From Octopus vulgaris (lineage: Eukaryota): a DNA stretch of 64,000 nt. The position numbers and the translations under genes are program-made. Under the pieces are notes generated by a model, which saw only the letters and a list, made by a program, of their open reading frames with translations, was not told the DNA's origin and did not search any database. Positions within the stretch are counted from its first letter, which is position 1, and each line of letters opens with the position of its first letter. The stretch is taken from positions 6,262,001 through 6,326,000 of the forward strand of contig OX597834.1 of the NCBI GenBank assembly GCA_951406725.2. Reading direction: 5' to 3'. Positions 37,729-51,111 of this stretch are shown piece after piece.

Positions 37729-38504
37729 TCACACAATTATCTTCATCCATTATAATTAAAGAAAGCATTTTATAAGATTCGAACTGAAGATTTAACTTGG
37801 GTTTACAATTCTAAATTCATTTACTCTTTGATTAGGTATACTTATATTAGTCCCTGCCAATTAGTCTCATATTTTAAAATTATTGAGTTAGGCTTGGGGA
37901 TACTGATTCTAATTGGTTTCAGCTTTGGAACCAATTAATACTTTGGAGTCATTAGGTTTAAGTTGTTAATCATTCTAAATTAAACCAGGTTCTAAAATTT
38001 TAATTTCTCAGCAGTTAGCATTTAATACCTCTGGATTTGTTGAATTCATATTATATTAACAGAAGAAAAAAACGCAAGAAAACAAAATCTTAAGATTCTT
38101 ATGTTGAAGAATAAAAAGATTTAGTTCAATTACAATTAACATATTTAATTCAATTAATTCTAAAAAGGTAAAAGTAAAAGTTATGCTGCGAGAAAAACAG
38201 TGTTAATAAATGGCTAATATTATTTTAATTATTTCAACAACTTCAGACTTATTCTGACCTTCTCAGCAAACATCAACAACTTGCACACACATACACACAC
38301 ATACATATGCAGATTCATGTGCATACCTTTATTATGAGACAGATTCACATAAACACGGTCAGTGCAGTTTTAGTTCATCTAACCAAGATATTTAATCGTT
38401 GGAAATGCCTACAAAATTTCAACATGCACTTAATTCAATAACCTTGTGTTTAAATGAGTTACACACATGCAACAATTACAAATGGTTATCAAGGATTACC
38501 TCAC

Positions 38505-39518
38505 GGGACATTTAGATGCTTTAGCGACCATTCACTTTATCAGCCACTGTTGAACTGAAAACAATTACTTGTACGCTACTACGGAACATTTAGATGCTTT
38601 AGTGACCATTCACTTTATCAGCCGCTGTTGAACTGAAAATAATTACTTGTACACTACCATGGGACATTTAGATGCTTTAGTGACCATTCACTTTATCAGT
38701 CACTGTTGAACTAAAAACAATTACTTGTACACTACCACGGGATATTTAGATGCTTTAGTTACCATTCACTTTATCAGCCGCTGTTGAACTAAAAACAATT
38801 ACTTGTACACTACCATGGGATATTTAGATGCTTTAGTGACCATTCACTTTATCAGCCGCTGTTGAACTGAAAACAATTACTTGTACACTACCACGGGATA
38901 TTTAGATGCTTTAGTGACCATTCACTTTATCAGCCGCTGTTGAACTGAAAACAATTACTTGTACACTACAACGGGATATTTAGATGCTTTAGTGACCATT
39001 CACTTTATTAGCTGCTGTTGAACTAAAAACAATTACTTGTACACTACCATGGGACATTTAGATGCTTTAGTGACCATTCACTTTATCAGCCGCTGTTGAA
39101 CTGAAAACAATTACTTGTACACTACCACGGGACATTTAGATGCTTTAGTGACCATTCACTTTATCAGCCGCTGTTGAACTGAAAACAATTACTTGTACAC
39201 TACCACGGGACATTTAGATGCTTTAGTGACCATTCACTTTATTAGCCGCTGTTGAACTAAAAACAATTACTTGTACACTACCATGGGATATTTAGATGCT
39301 TTAGTGACCATTCACTTTATCAGCCGCTGTTGAACTGAAAACAATTACTTGTACACTACCACGGGACATTTAGATGCTTTAGTGACCATTCACTTTATCA
39401 GCAACTGTTGAACTGAAAACAATTACTTGTACACTACCATGGGACATTTAGATGCTTTAGTGACCATTCACTTTATCAGCCACTGTTGAACTAAAAACAA
39501 TTACTTGTACACTACCAC
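38505..39518. repeat. 78-bp tandem repeat, 13 copies
   Basis: Unit GGGACATTTAGATGCTTTAGTGACCATTCACTTTATCAGCCGCTGTTGAACTGAAAACAATTACTTGTACACTACCAC starts at 38505, 38583, 38661 ... 39441. Confidence 0.95.
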
Positions 39519-40184
39519 AATGTAAAGTAATTGCTGACATGAAGAATGGATGGAATATAAAGTGATCAGGAGTGGACAAAGGAACGTTGCAGAAATTCTA
39601 TATATCACTCAGAAATAAACAGCAATGTCTTAGAAAGCTAGTAAAATATGATTTTAAATTGCTCTGCTGGGAAATATAATTCTGGACGCTTAAATACATA
39701 CGAGTAGCTATTCAGTTGATAGATGCACATGAACGTAGATAAATAAGTACTATTAGTTATATAATTAGTAGGAGCATATGAACGTAGGTAGTACAATTTT
39801 CATCAATAAGAGTACACAATAAATCAACAGGTAGCCAGTGCTATGACTTTATGTCTGTGTGAATTGAGCAAGTGGGAAAATGGACCTTACGTATGGTATA
39901 TAAAAGAAAATTTAGAGCATTTTGCCATAAGTTACTTTATGAGACACCTTGGTGTTTGGTTATTATTCACCTCATCATCCACTGTGCATATATATATATA
40001 TGCTTGTGTGTATGTGTGTGTGTGTGTGAGTAAGTATATATATATATATATATGAGTGTGTGTGTGTGTGTAAGTATACATTTATATATATATATATATG
40101 TGAATCTGTGTGTGTGTATATGTAAGTATACAAATATGTCTTTTTATCTATGCATATGTGTATATATATATATATATATATTCT

Positions 40185-40222
<38 letters not shown>

Positions 40223-40679
40223 TACATATATATATGTACGTATGTATGTCCTTGTATCTGCACATATGTATATGTGTGTATATATACATGTGTGTGTGTC
40301 TATGTATCTATACATATGTATATGTGTGTGTGTGTATGTGTGTGCGTGCGTGTGCGTGTGTGTGTATGCACACATACATCTCACATGCATATACAAACCC
40401 CTGTACACAACAGGCTTCTACAGGGTTACAAAACTTGTTGCTATGTGAATTGTTCATTGACATTAACACAGTGTATAATTGTACAGAATGCAGAGCTAGC
40501 AAAGTCAAGTTGACAGGAGTTCAAATGACCAGCAGAGAGGTTAGCATCTTATATCCTGCAAGGTACACTCAGTGGGGAACCAGTATAAGTGATGCTGTAT
40601 GTTCTTTCTTATGCTTAGGGAATAAGAAGAGTGAAAGGGAGAGATAGGGGGAAGGAGAGAGACAGACAGAGACTGAGAG

Positions 40680-40724
40680 ATAGATAGGTAGATAGGTAGA
40701 TAGATAGATAGATAGCTAGATAGG

Positions 40725-40793
<69 letters not shown>

Positions 40794-40868
40794 GGATAGA
40801 TAGATAGATAGATGGATAGACAGACAGATAGATAGGAAGGTAGGTAGATAGATACATAGATAGATGGA

Positions 40869-40908
<40 letters not shown>

Positions 40909-41122
40909 GACTGAGAGATAGGTAGGTAGGTAGGTAGGTAGGTAGGTAGGTAGATACATAGATAGATGGATAGGTGGAAAGATGGATAAGTTTCTTTATT
41001 GGCCACACAGGGCTGCACACAGATGGGACAGATTACAAGGTATAGATAGACAGACAGATAGATAGGTGGGTAGGTAGGTAGGTATGTAGGTAGGTAGGTA
41101 GGTAGGTAGGTAGGTAGGTAGG

Positions 41123-41209
<87 letters not shown>

Positions 41210-41224
41210 GTAGGTAGGTAGGTG

Positions 41225-41311
<87 letters not shown>

Positions 41312-41350
41312 GGGGAGAGAGATAGATAAGTAGGTAGGTAGGCAGATAGA
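40680..41350. repeat. (GATA)n/(GGTA)n microsatellite
   Basis: Directly visible. Confidence 0.95.
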
Positions 41351-41865
41351 TAAAGAGAGAGAGGGGGTAAGATTTATAATGAGAAAAGAATGATTAATAA
41401 TGAGAGAAAAAGTGTGACAGAGAATACTGAAAAGGAGAGAAAGAGAGCAATAGGAGATAGATGGATAGACAGACAGAAGAAGAGAGTGAGATTTATAATG
41501 AGAAGAGAAAAGAAAGATTAAATACTGAAAGTGAGAGAGAAAAAGAGAGAGGAAATGAGAGAGAAACATGATGAAAGATGAAAGGAAGAGGAAGTGAAAG
41601 AGTGAGAAGCAGAGAATGGAAAACGGAGGAAGGAACTAAGAGAGAAAATGTAAGAGAAGAGAAAGAGTGAAAAGAGAGAGAATGATTAATACTGAAGGAG
41701 AAACAGAGAGATTATTAATACTGAGAAAAAGAGAGACAGAGAAAAAGAGTGAGTGAGTGAGAGAGAGAGATTAATTATTCGTTAGAGCAATGTTTTATAA
41801 TTGCGAGAGCACCGATACATTGCGGGTTATGAATAAATAAATATATGGAGTCAATAAATATATTT

Positions 41866-42028
41866 AGTGGCTGTGTGGTAAGTAGCTTGCTAACCAACCA
41901 CATGGTTCCGGGTTCAGTCCCACTGCGTGGCATCTTGGGCAAGTGTCTTCTGCTATAGCCCCGGGCCGACCAATGCCTTGTGAGTGGATTTGGTAGACGG
42001 AAACTGAAAGAAGCCTGTCGTATATATG

Positions 42029-42063
<35 letters not shown>

Positions 42064-42296
42064 CTGTGTGTGTGTGTGTGTGCGTGTGTGTGTTTGTCCC
42101 CCTAGCATTGCTTGACAACCGATGCTGGTGTGTTTACGTCCCCGTAACTTAGCGGTTCGGCAAAAGAGACCGATAGAATAAGTACTGGGCTTACAAAGAA
42201 TAAGTCCCGGGGTTGAGTTGCTCGACTAAAGGCGGTGCTCCAGCATGGCCGCAGTCAAATGACTGAAACAAGTAAAAGAGTAAAAGAGTAAAGAGT
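41866..42296 (+). mobile_element. SINE family A (near consensus)
   Basis: Family motifs with a (TAAAAGAG)n tail. Confidence 0.9.
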
Positions 42297-43971
42297 ATAT
42301 CTCATTGTATTTAGTATTGTTACAAAATTGGGCCCCAGGAAGGGTTTATAGCCAATAGTGGATGGTTAGTCATCACTGTATGATGCTTGACAAACAGCTG
42401 TGAATCTGGTTGTTATCAATGTCCTGTTAATTAACCTTGTTAATGAAGGGGCGTGACTCAGTGATTAGGGAATTTGACTCATGATCGTAAAAGTTGCCAA
42501 ATTTGCTGCATGATAGAGACCAGGGAAAGCTCCCTCACATAAGGACCAGGCTTTAAAAAAAATTAAGTACTGGGGTCAGTATATTCGACACTTACCCAAG
42601 CTTCCATGCAGTGGGACGGACCCTGACCCGAGTGGCTGGCAAACGAATCCTGTGACAAGATTAGTTATTGTTGAGGAGCATAGTTTCTCACTCATGAAGC
42701 AGATGAACGATACATTTTTTTCTCTGAATAGGGCACCAGTGCATTGTAGGTAAGTTTTCCTGTGGGAGAAATTAATATTGCGAGCTGTTAGTAAATGTAA
42801 ATTTCACAGCAATAAAGAGAGAAAAGCACTTGGAGTTGATAGAGAATTGTTGCGGAACAGATGGAGTATCAGGTATAAGCCAACACTCGTAGGCATTTTG
42901 GTGTTAACAGGGCTTTTCATACTAAAACCTATTTAATACTAGATATGTGGATATTTTGAAAATACCTCTTAGAGTGACAACTGTGTCTTCCATAGCTATG
43001 GGCTGCCCTTAGGCAAGGTATAGCACCCATTCAGCAATAATGCCAGGGACACAGTGAAGTCATGGGACAGCAGCGTGGTGGTTTGTGAAGAGGTAGCAGA
43101 AGAGGATCTCAACTGAGTCAATGGTGCTTCTTACATTGATGCTGAGAATTGATGCTGAGCAGAGGAATCCTTGAAGATCAACGGCCAGGATCACCAAGTA
43201 ACTGCAACGTATCCATAGGTGTGATGTCCATGGTTGTTGTGTCATCAGCCAATGATTGATTCATTGTGACTCAAACTCCCAATTCAAATTCGTAATAACG
43301 GAACTGAATGGTGACAGAGAGTCATAGGAATCCACAAAAGCAGCGCAACTAAAGAAGAAGAAGAAGCAGAAGAAGAAGAAGAAGAAGCAGAAGATTACAG
43401 GTGTGAAGTGGAGAAGATTTGTCAAGATTCATCAAAGCAATTTGAGTTGAAGAAACAGAACAATAACAGAACAATATCCTGCTATCAACTAATGCATTTG
43501 TCCAAACCCACGCAAAATCAAAATCTTCATTATCTCCGTTGTGACTTCTTAGCAAAATCCATACCTAGATTCAAATTACATCCATTACAAATAAATTCAG
43601 CATCTTTTATTAAATCCTATTTTTTCTGTAAATCCTCTCCTTCAGACACTCATACGTTGAAATCAACAGGTGTGACCTTCATTCAAATGTTAGGGTTGAT
43701 GTCAATGAAGTGGCTTGAAGGAGCCAAGAATTGAAAATGTTCCTCCCTTTATATGCAACACCTTTATTGCATGAAAGCAATAAAGGTGTTATCTTGATGG
43801 CTCTAGTTATAAATATATGATTGGAGGGGGTCAGGGAAATATGACCTTGACACAGAGTGTAGCTTGACCAAGCTCTGTCGGATCACCTGAGTGAGAGCAA
43901 ATGTTGCAAGACTCCTAATAATCAGTGAGGCCAGGATACAATATTAATATTCTCAAGTATGTGTGTCTATG

Positions 43972-44220
43972 TGGAGGCACGTGGCTTAGTGGTTAGTGTG
44001 TCAGCATCACGATCATAAGTTTGTGGTTTCGATTCCTGGACCGGGCGACACATTGTGTTCTTGAGCAAAACACTTATTTTCACATTGCTCCAGTTCACTC
44101 AGCTGGCAAAAATGAGTAACGCTGTGATGGACTGGCGTCCCGTCCAGCTGGGGAACACATACACCATGGAAACTGGGAAATGGGGCCTATGAGCCTGGCT
44201 AGGCTTTAAAAGGGTGCATA
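43972..44220 (+). mobile_element. tRNA-derived SINE
   Basis: GGCACGTGGCTTAGTGGTTAG (A box) and GGTTTCGATTCC (B box). TGTGTCTATG at 43962-43971 and 44446-44455 brackets this SINE plus the adjacent PLE-like insert. Confidence 0.75.
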
Positions 44221-44332
44221 TATATATATATATAAATGGGAAGCTTTATGAAAATAAACAAAAGACGAAGGCAGGTGGAGTACAAACAAACAATTGTATT
44301 AGTATGGTGCTCAGGAATATAAATAAAACAAG

Positions 44333-44370
44333 TCTTTTACGTTTCGAGCCTACGCTCTTCAACAGAAAGA
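44333..44370 (-). ncRNA. Minimal type I hammerhead (CUGUUGA core variant) in PLE-like insert 44233-44445
   Basis: tcttt-CTGTTGA-a-gagc-gtag-gctc-GAAA-CG-TA-aaaga. Same geometry as 59803-59837. Confidence 0.6.
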
Positions 44371-44963
44371 TACAAAGAAAAGAAACACGGAGAGAAACAA
44401 GGAGAGAAAAAAATGCGTGCAGAAGCTAGTAATTCAACACGGCGATGTGTCTATGGGGAGGAAAATTTTTAATTCTTGGCTCCTTCAAGCCACTTCATTG
44501 ACATCAACCCTAACATTTGAATGAAGGTCACGCCTGTTGATTTCAACGTATGAGTGTCTGAAGGAGAAGATTTACAGAAAAAATAGGATTTAATAAAAGA
44601 TGCTGAATTTATTTGTAATGGATGTAATTTGAATCTAGGTATGGATTTTGCTAAGAAGTCACAACGGAGATAATGAAGATTTTGATTTTGCGTGGGTTTG
44701 GATAAATGCATCTGTTGATAGCAGGATATTGTTCTGTTATTGTTCTGTTTCTTCAACATCAAATTGCTTTGATGAATCTTGACACATTTTATCCCACTCA
44801 GATAGATCCAGGCAATAACTTCCCCAACATGTCAAATTAATACTTAAAGTTAAAATTAGGATTGTAGAAGGGGTTGTTTATATATACTGATCACTCTTAG
44901 TCTTGCAAAAATAAGAAGATAAAGAATAAAAGATAAAATGATATAAAAATAAAACAAGCTTTA

Positions 44964-44994
44964 CTGAGGAGGCATATCAAGACCAAAACATGTC
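44964..44994 (+). ncRNA. Decayed hammerhead in insert 44885-45157
   Basis: CTGAGGA-gg..cc-AAAA-CATG-TC with palindromic ACATGT. GAAA is altered to AAAA, which is consistent with CpG decay. Stem I is poor. Confidence 0.4.
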
Positions 44995-45154
44995 AGTCGA
45001 TTTTACTAAATGTCTTGAAATGAATTTAATGGTGTTATCTCTTCTTGCTCATTGTTTTAATTTAATTTTAATTTTTTAATTTTACCACCAAGAGAAAGAT
45101 TTTGCCAATTAATTGCATGGATAATTTTAGTTAATCAAGTTTTTCAATAAACTG

Positions 45155-45206
<52 letters not shown>

Positions 45207-45207
<1 letters not shown>

Positions 45208-45438
45208 TTTATTTAAAGCAGCAGAAAATTCAACAAAACCTGTTACTCTGAGTTTCACGTTGCCGTTCGTTGGACAGTTTTTTCTAGCAAAAACTGTCCG
45301 ACGAATGGGAACGTGAAACTCAGAGTTTCAGGTTTTGTTGAATTTTCTGCTGCTTTTAAATAAAGCATATTACTCTACCCCTGGTATTTGAGTACTCTTT
45401 TTTCCACCTTGTTTCACATTTATGTGTTTACTCCGGTA
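45207..45438 (+). mobile_element. PLE-like fold-back with a hammerhead in each arm
   Basis: Arms 45207-45282 / 45289-45365. Arm consensus ctgt-CCGACGA-acg-gcaa-cgt-GAAA-CTCAGAG-TA-acag. Tail of about 72 bp. Flanked by (TA)n. Confidence 0.75.
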
Positions 45439-46179
45439 TGTATATATATATATATATATACATGTGTGTGTGTGTGTGTGTGTGTATATGTATATATAAA
45501 TATGTGTATATATGTATATATATATATCATCATCATCATCATCGTTTAACGTCTGCTTTGTATGTATATATATGTGTGTGTGTATATATATGTATGTGTT
45601 TGGGTGTCTGTGTTTGTCCCCTCAACATCGCTTGACAACAGATGGCTGTGTGTTTACATCCCTGTAACATAGCGGATCGGCAAAAGCGACCAATAGAATA
45701 AGTACTAGGCTTACAAAGAATAAATCCCAGGGTCGATTTGCTCGACTAAAGGCGGTGCTCCAACATGGCTGCAGTCAAATGACTGAAACAAGTAAAAGAG
45801 AGAAAAGAAAGAGAGAGAGAGAGTATATGTATGTACATATGAAAGAGGTTTTGTCATATTTGTATTTTGTCCCCTGAATACAACCTCTTGGTATTTTCCT
45901 TTGGTCTTATTGTCTAGTATACAATTGTCTTGTGTTTCAAGAATCACTGTTCCAACATATTTTGCCTGCGAGTGCTTCAATACTTATGGAGTGCAGAATT
46001 GGTATTGCATTGAATTGCTGGATGGGAAACATTTCTGAATAATGATATTTTGTTGAACGATGTTTAACAATACTGTAATGGCTAAAATGGTATTAAAAGT
46101 GAAATGGTATTAGAGGGAAATAAACAACAATGAGAATGAATTAATATAATATAAGGATACATTTCTTGTGCAGAATTTA

Positions 46180-46244
<65 letters not shown>

Positions 46245-46434
46245 CCTATCTATATCTATCTCTATATCTATCTATCTATCTATCAATCATTCTATCTATC
46301 TATCGATCTATCTATCTATATATTTATATAAATATATATATATATATACACACACATATATATACAGAGAAAGTGAGAAAGACATAAATGAATATATATA
46401 TGTATGAATACTTATAAATATATTGATGAGCATA

Positions 46435-46480
<46 letters not shown>

Positions 46481-46559
46481 CACATACATTCACACATATT
46501 CGCACATGTGTGTGTATATATATATACATATATATACACATTTATATGCACAAATATAT

Positions 46560-47186
46560 TATCCGAAGACCCGGCAAGACTAGTCAGGCCATAACCCATG
46601 GCCCCTACCTGGGACGTAGTCAGTCCACCTGTGCATACCTTCCTTCTTGTGACACTTGTGAAGACCTGTTGAGGCAAGTGAAAATCAAATCAAAACAAAT
46701 CAAAATAGATGAACATCAATGGAATTTGTATCTTTGTGGTACCAGTGCCGGTGGCACGTGGCACACAAGAAAACCATCTGAACGTGGCCGTAGCCAGTAC
46801 CGCATCGACTGGCCTCCGTGCTGTGGGCACGTAACAAGCACCATCCGATTGTGGCCGTTTGCCAGCCTCATCTGGCACCTGTGTCGGTGGCACATAAAAA
46901 CACCATCCGAGTGTGGCCGTCTGCCAGCTCGTCTGGCACCTGTGTCGGTGGCACATAAAAAACACCGTCCGAGCGTGGCCGTTTGCCAGCCTCGTCTGGC
47001 ACCTGTGTCGGTGGCACATAAAATCACCCACTACACTCTCGGAGTGGTTGGCGTTAGGAAGGGCATCCAGCTGTAGAAACACTGCCAGATCTGACTGGAC
47101 TGGTGCAGCTTTCGGGCTCCCCAGACCCCAGTTGAACCGTCCAACCCATGCTAGCATGGAAAGCGGACGTTAAATGATGATGATGA
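46560..47186 (+). mobile_element. RTE LINE 3'UTR (family D) with about 60-bp internal tandem units
   Basis: Family motifs. GTGGCCGT.TGCCAGC.TC.TCTGGCACCTGTGTCGGTGGCACATAAAA occurs three times. Confidence 0.8.
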
Positions 47187-47231
47187 TATAAATATAGGTA
47201 TGTATATGTACTGTTTCTCTCTCTCTCTCTG

Positions 47232-47320
<89 letters not shown>

Positions 47321-47702
47321 GTATTTATGTATTTATGTATGTATGTATGTATATCTTATGGCACAGAACCATATTGCGTGTGAGGTTTCTTTGGTGTTGA
47401 AACATGCATGTGTTGTTCTGTTGAATATTAAACTCACGAAATTCTCATACAGCAAGACTAGAAATACTCTCTTATGTAGATCCAATTATTTCCTATGTTC
47501 TGCCATGTGTTATGTAATTAGGAATTACAATGACAATAACAACAACGACAACAACAATAGCAACAAGCATTAACTGCCGGATTTGCTGACAGATCTTTCA
47601 ACAGCTGTACCATTGAAATGAACACTACTACAACTGCTGTTGCTACTACTACTATTACTACTATTGCTAAGAAGTAATTCACCGTATATGTTATGTATAT
47701 AC

Positions 47703-47834
<132 letters not shown>

Positions 47835-47874
47835 AGATATATAGATAGATATATATATCTATATCTATATCTAT

Positions 47875-48481
47875 ATAAATTCAGGGTGAATACTTGATAA
47901 ATGTAAGCACCTGTATATGCCAGCTAGTAGCAGAGGTGAGAGGATATATGTATCAAATGAAATAAAAAACAGAACACAAAGGATGTTGCGGTACACGTGT
48001 TTCAAGCTTTATAAAACAACTTATTCTTACATCAATGCATAATCGACATAACAGATGTTTTAAAGCTCTCTTCAGCCGCATGCAATTGCTACACCAAAGA
48101 CCTGTATCACATTATGAAAAGTCCGAAAAGGAACATTTGGTATTATCTATAATGGTAGGTATATTGAGTTTCGCTGATACAGTATGGACGGATATTCGAA
48201 GTCCAATAATACTCTGCACACCTACTTCATTATGAAGATTTACAAACATACTTTCTCAGTGAAACTCAATATACCTACCATTATAGATAATACCAAATGT
48301 TCCTTTTCGGACTTTTCATAATGTGATACAGGTCTTTGGTGTAGCAATTGTATGTGGCTGAAGAGAGCTTTAAACCATCTGTTATGTTGATTATACATTG
48401 ATGTAAGAATAAGTTGTTTTATAAAGCTTGAAACACATGTACCGTGACATCCTTTGTGTTCTGTTTTTTATTTCATTTGAT
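47875..48481 (-). mobile_element. PLE-like fold-back with about 235-bp arms, each carrying a hammerhead
   Basis: Arms 47952-48186 / 48247-48481 plus tail 47875-47951. Flanked by (TA)n-like repeats. Confidence 0.8.
47987..48080 (-). ncRNA. Type I hammerhead ribozyme with fully canonical core
   Basis: tgcgg-CTGAAGA-gagcttta...taaagctt-GAAA-CACGTG-TA-ccgca. Perfect stem I, stem II with one G-U, palindromic ACACGTGT. A decayed mirror copy lies at 48353-48446 (+). Confidence 0.85.
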
Positions 48482-48558
48482 CTATATCTATATATATAAA
48501 TAGAAATACAGATATCTATATTTATATTTACAAGTATAAATATATATATACCTATATT

Positions 48559-48622
<64 letters not shown>

Positions 48623-48662
48623 TATACAGATATACACACACACACACACACACATATATATA

Positions 48663-49876
48663 CATCATCATCATCATCATCATTTATCATTTGTTGTCCA
48701 AGCTGGCATGGGTTGGATGGTTTGACCAGAGCTGACAAGCTGGAAGGCTGCACCAGACTCCAATCTGATTTGGCATGGTTTCTATGGCTGGATGCCCTTC
48801 CTAAGAACAACCACTCCGAGAGGATAATGGGTGCTTTTATATCTCACTGCCCATGTTTCACTGCTGTGTAGCACAGCTGTTTGCACACAAGCATCATACA
48901 ATCTGCCTTTCAATCTGAAGGAGAGGCCCTTTGTTGCCGGCAGAAGTAAGACCTCTCTAAACTGTGCTCAGTCTAATCTTATTCTCACAGCTATATCTCA
49001 GGGCATCCACCTCCGCTACTAACTTGGTCACATAGACAACAGAAGCTTCCTACTACCTCTAGCTTACTCCACTGGAAGTTGATGGAGTCTATTTTCTGTA
49101 CATTTTCTGTGTTTATTGTACCTGTGCATCTTCCATGCACAAAAGCTATGTTCCCTGTTAACCTTTCTCTGATATTGCTGCACATCTTATGTGTCCATAG
49201 CTTACACTGGGTACATCTTATGGAGTTTCTACCTACACCTTTTCTACTGATTGAGCAGGGACGTCTACCTCAAGGGATTTGATTTTTCAGCCTTCCTACT
49301 TACTAGGACTTTGGTTTTTACTAGGTTAATACTAAGGCCCTTCAATTCTAGAATTTGCTTCTACACCCGAAACTTCTCTAGTTCTGGCAGTGATTCAGCT
49401 ATAACAAGGTCATCAGCATAGAGGAGCCCTCAGGGGCAGCCTGTCTTAAATTCTTCTGTTATTGCCTAGAGGACTGTGATGAATAAGAGGGAGCTTAGTA
49501 CTGATCCTTAGTGAACCCCTACTTGTACCCTGAATTCTTCGCTGTACTCATTGCCAACCCTCACCTTACTGGTAGCATCCCTGTACATGGCTTATACAGC
49601 TCTCACCAACAACTCATCAATCTCTAGTTTCCTCATTGACCACCAAATAAGGGATTGGGGTACCCTGTCAAAGGCTTTCTCCAAGTCAACAAAAACCAAG
49701 TACACAGGTTTATCTTTGGCTGGATATTTCTCTTGCAGGTGCATTACCTGAAATATAGCATCAGTGGTGCTTCTCCCTGGCACAAAACCAAACAGTATCC
49801 CATCTAGACTAACTCTTTCCCTGATTAGTTGGGCTATGACCCTCTCCATAACTTTCATCATTTGATCCAGCAATTT
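48663..49876 (-). mobile_element. RTE-clade LINE remnant: reverse transcriptase fragment plus 3'UTR
   Basis: FGFVPGRSTTDAIF, FVDLEKAFDRVP, GVH.GSVLS.LLF, LLYADDL, with stops and frameshifts. Family D tail at 48663-48840. Confidence 0.9.
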
Positions 49877-49910
49877 ATATATATATAAGAAATATATATA
49901 TATATATATA

Positions 49911-50113
49911 CATTTTCAAAATGTGACCCGTTGGCGATTTTTTCCTCTGTCTTCCCTTCTCTGGATCTTTCCTTCTCCTATGTTTCCGACAAAGAGCTCC
50001 ACTCGAAACGTTAAACCTTCCTACTTTCCTTCTTTCCTGAGCATCCAATAATACTATATTTGTTCCACGTCCTCACGTTGTTGTGTTTTTTTGTGCTTTC
50101 TTGTTTGGAATAA
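49911..50113 (+). mobile_element. PLE-like insert (59553 family) with a decayed hammerhead at 49982-50016
   Basis: gttt-CCGACAA-a-gagc-tcc-actc-GAAACGTT-aaac. Flanked by (TA)n. Confidence 0.65.
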
Positions 50114-50162
50114 ATATATATGTATATATATATATATATATACATATATGTATGTATGTATG

Positions 50163-50202
<40 letters not shown>

Positions 50203-50207
50203 CATAC

Positions 50208-50279
<72 letters not shown>

Positions 50280-50297
50280 GTACATATGTGTGTGTGT

Positions 50298-51111
50298 GAA
50301 TTTATAAAACAAGATGATGGAATTAACAGGTTTTAATCACAAGTCATTAAATGTTTCTGTGCGAATTGATTACTATTACATAAAAAGTTATATTAACGAT
50401 GACATATAGAAAATATAATCCAACAGCAGCAGTCTACCAGAAAGTCATCAGGTGAATGGTTTTGCTAGCATTGTTAGATCACATTCAGTTTCCCATCGTT
50501 TTACACCCTGTTGTATATTCCGCATTCTCTCTATGCTGTAAGTCGTAAAAATACTCAATGACAAGTAAAGAGCAAAAAATATATATAACAAAACAAATAA
50601 ACCAAAAATTAGTTAAAGGAAATAAAAATCAGAAGTATAAATATAAATCAACTGAAGCTAAAATTCTGCCTTTTTTTTTTTCCTATATTTTATTATAGCC
50701 ATTTTTAGTTTTGGTTCATTTATATTTATATTTTTGATATTTATTTTCATTGACTAATTTTGACTATTTATTTTGAAATTTATATCTTTTAGTCTTTACT
50801 GTCATTAATTCATTTCGTATTTTTATGACTTATATTTATTTGAATCTATAAGTTACTAAGTGTAAAGAGAATGCTGAATATACCATAGAGCATAAAATGG
50901 TAGGGAACTGAACATAATCCAGCCATGTAAACCACTCACCTAATGAAGTGCTTGCATGCAATGGCTGCAAGATCATATTTATCTAATTATTTATGAAATA
51001 TTTTATGTAATGATAGGGAAAACTCAGCAACAGCTGTTACCATTGCACAGAAACAATTGTTGCGATTTGTGATTAAAGCCTGTTAATTGCATCTCCTTGT
51101 TTTATAAATTC
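50298..51111. mobile_element. Old fold-back/MITE-like element (about 810 bp)
   Basis: GAATTTATAAAACAAG..AATTAACAGG.TTTAATCACAA is mirrored at 51067-51111. Patchy inverted similarity continues to the centre near 50680. Confidence 0.65.

Larger units (their letters stand above)
43420..44784. repeat. Inverted duplication with arms of about 328 bp
   Basis: 43420-43747 is the reverse complement of 44456-44784. The ORF track shows the same peptide on opposite strands. Confidence 0.9.

Noticed and set aside
38505-39518. CRISPR-like array
   Set aside because: Units are contiguous near-identical 78-mers with no unique spacers, there are no cas genes, and the context is eukaryotic.
43408-44762. Duplicated 108/97-aa ORFs as a gene pair
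   Set aside because: They are a consequence of the inverted duplication, with no recognisable domain or gene structure.
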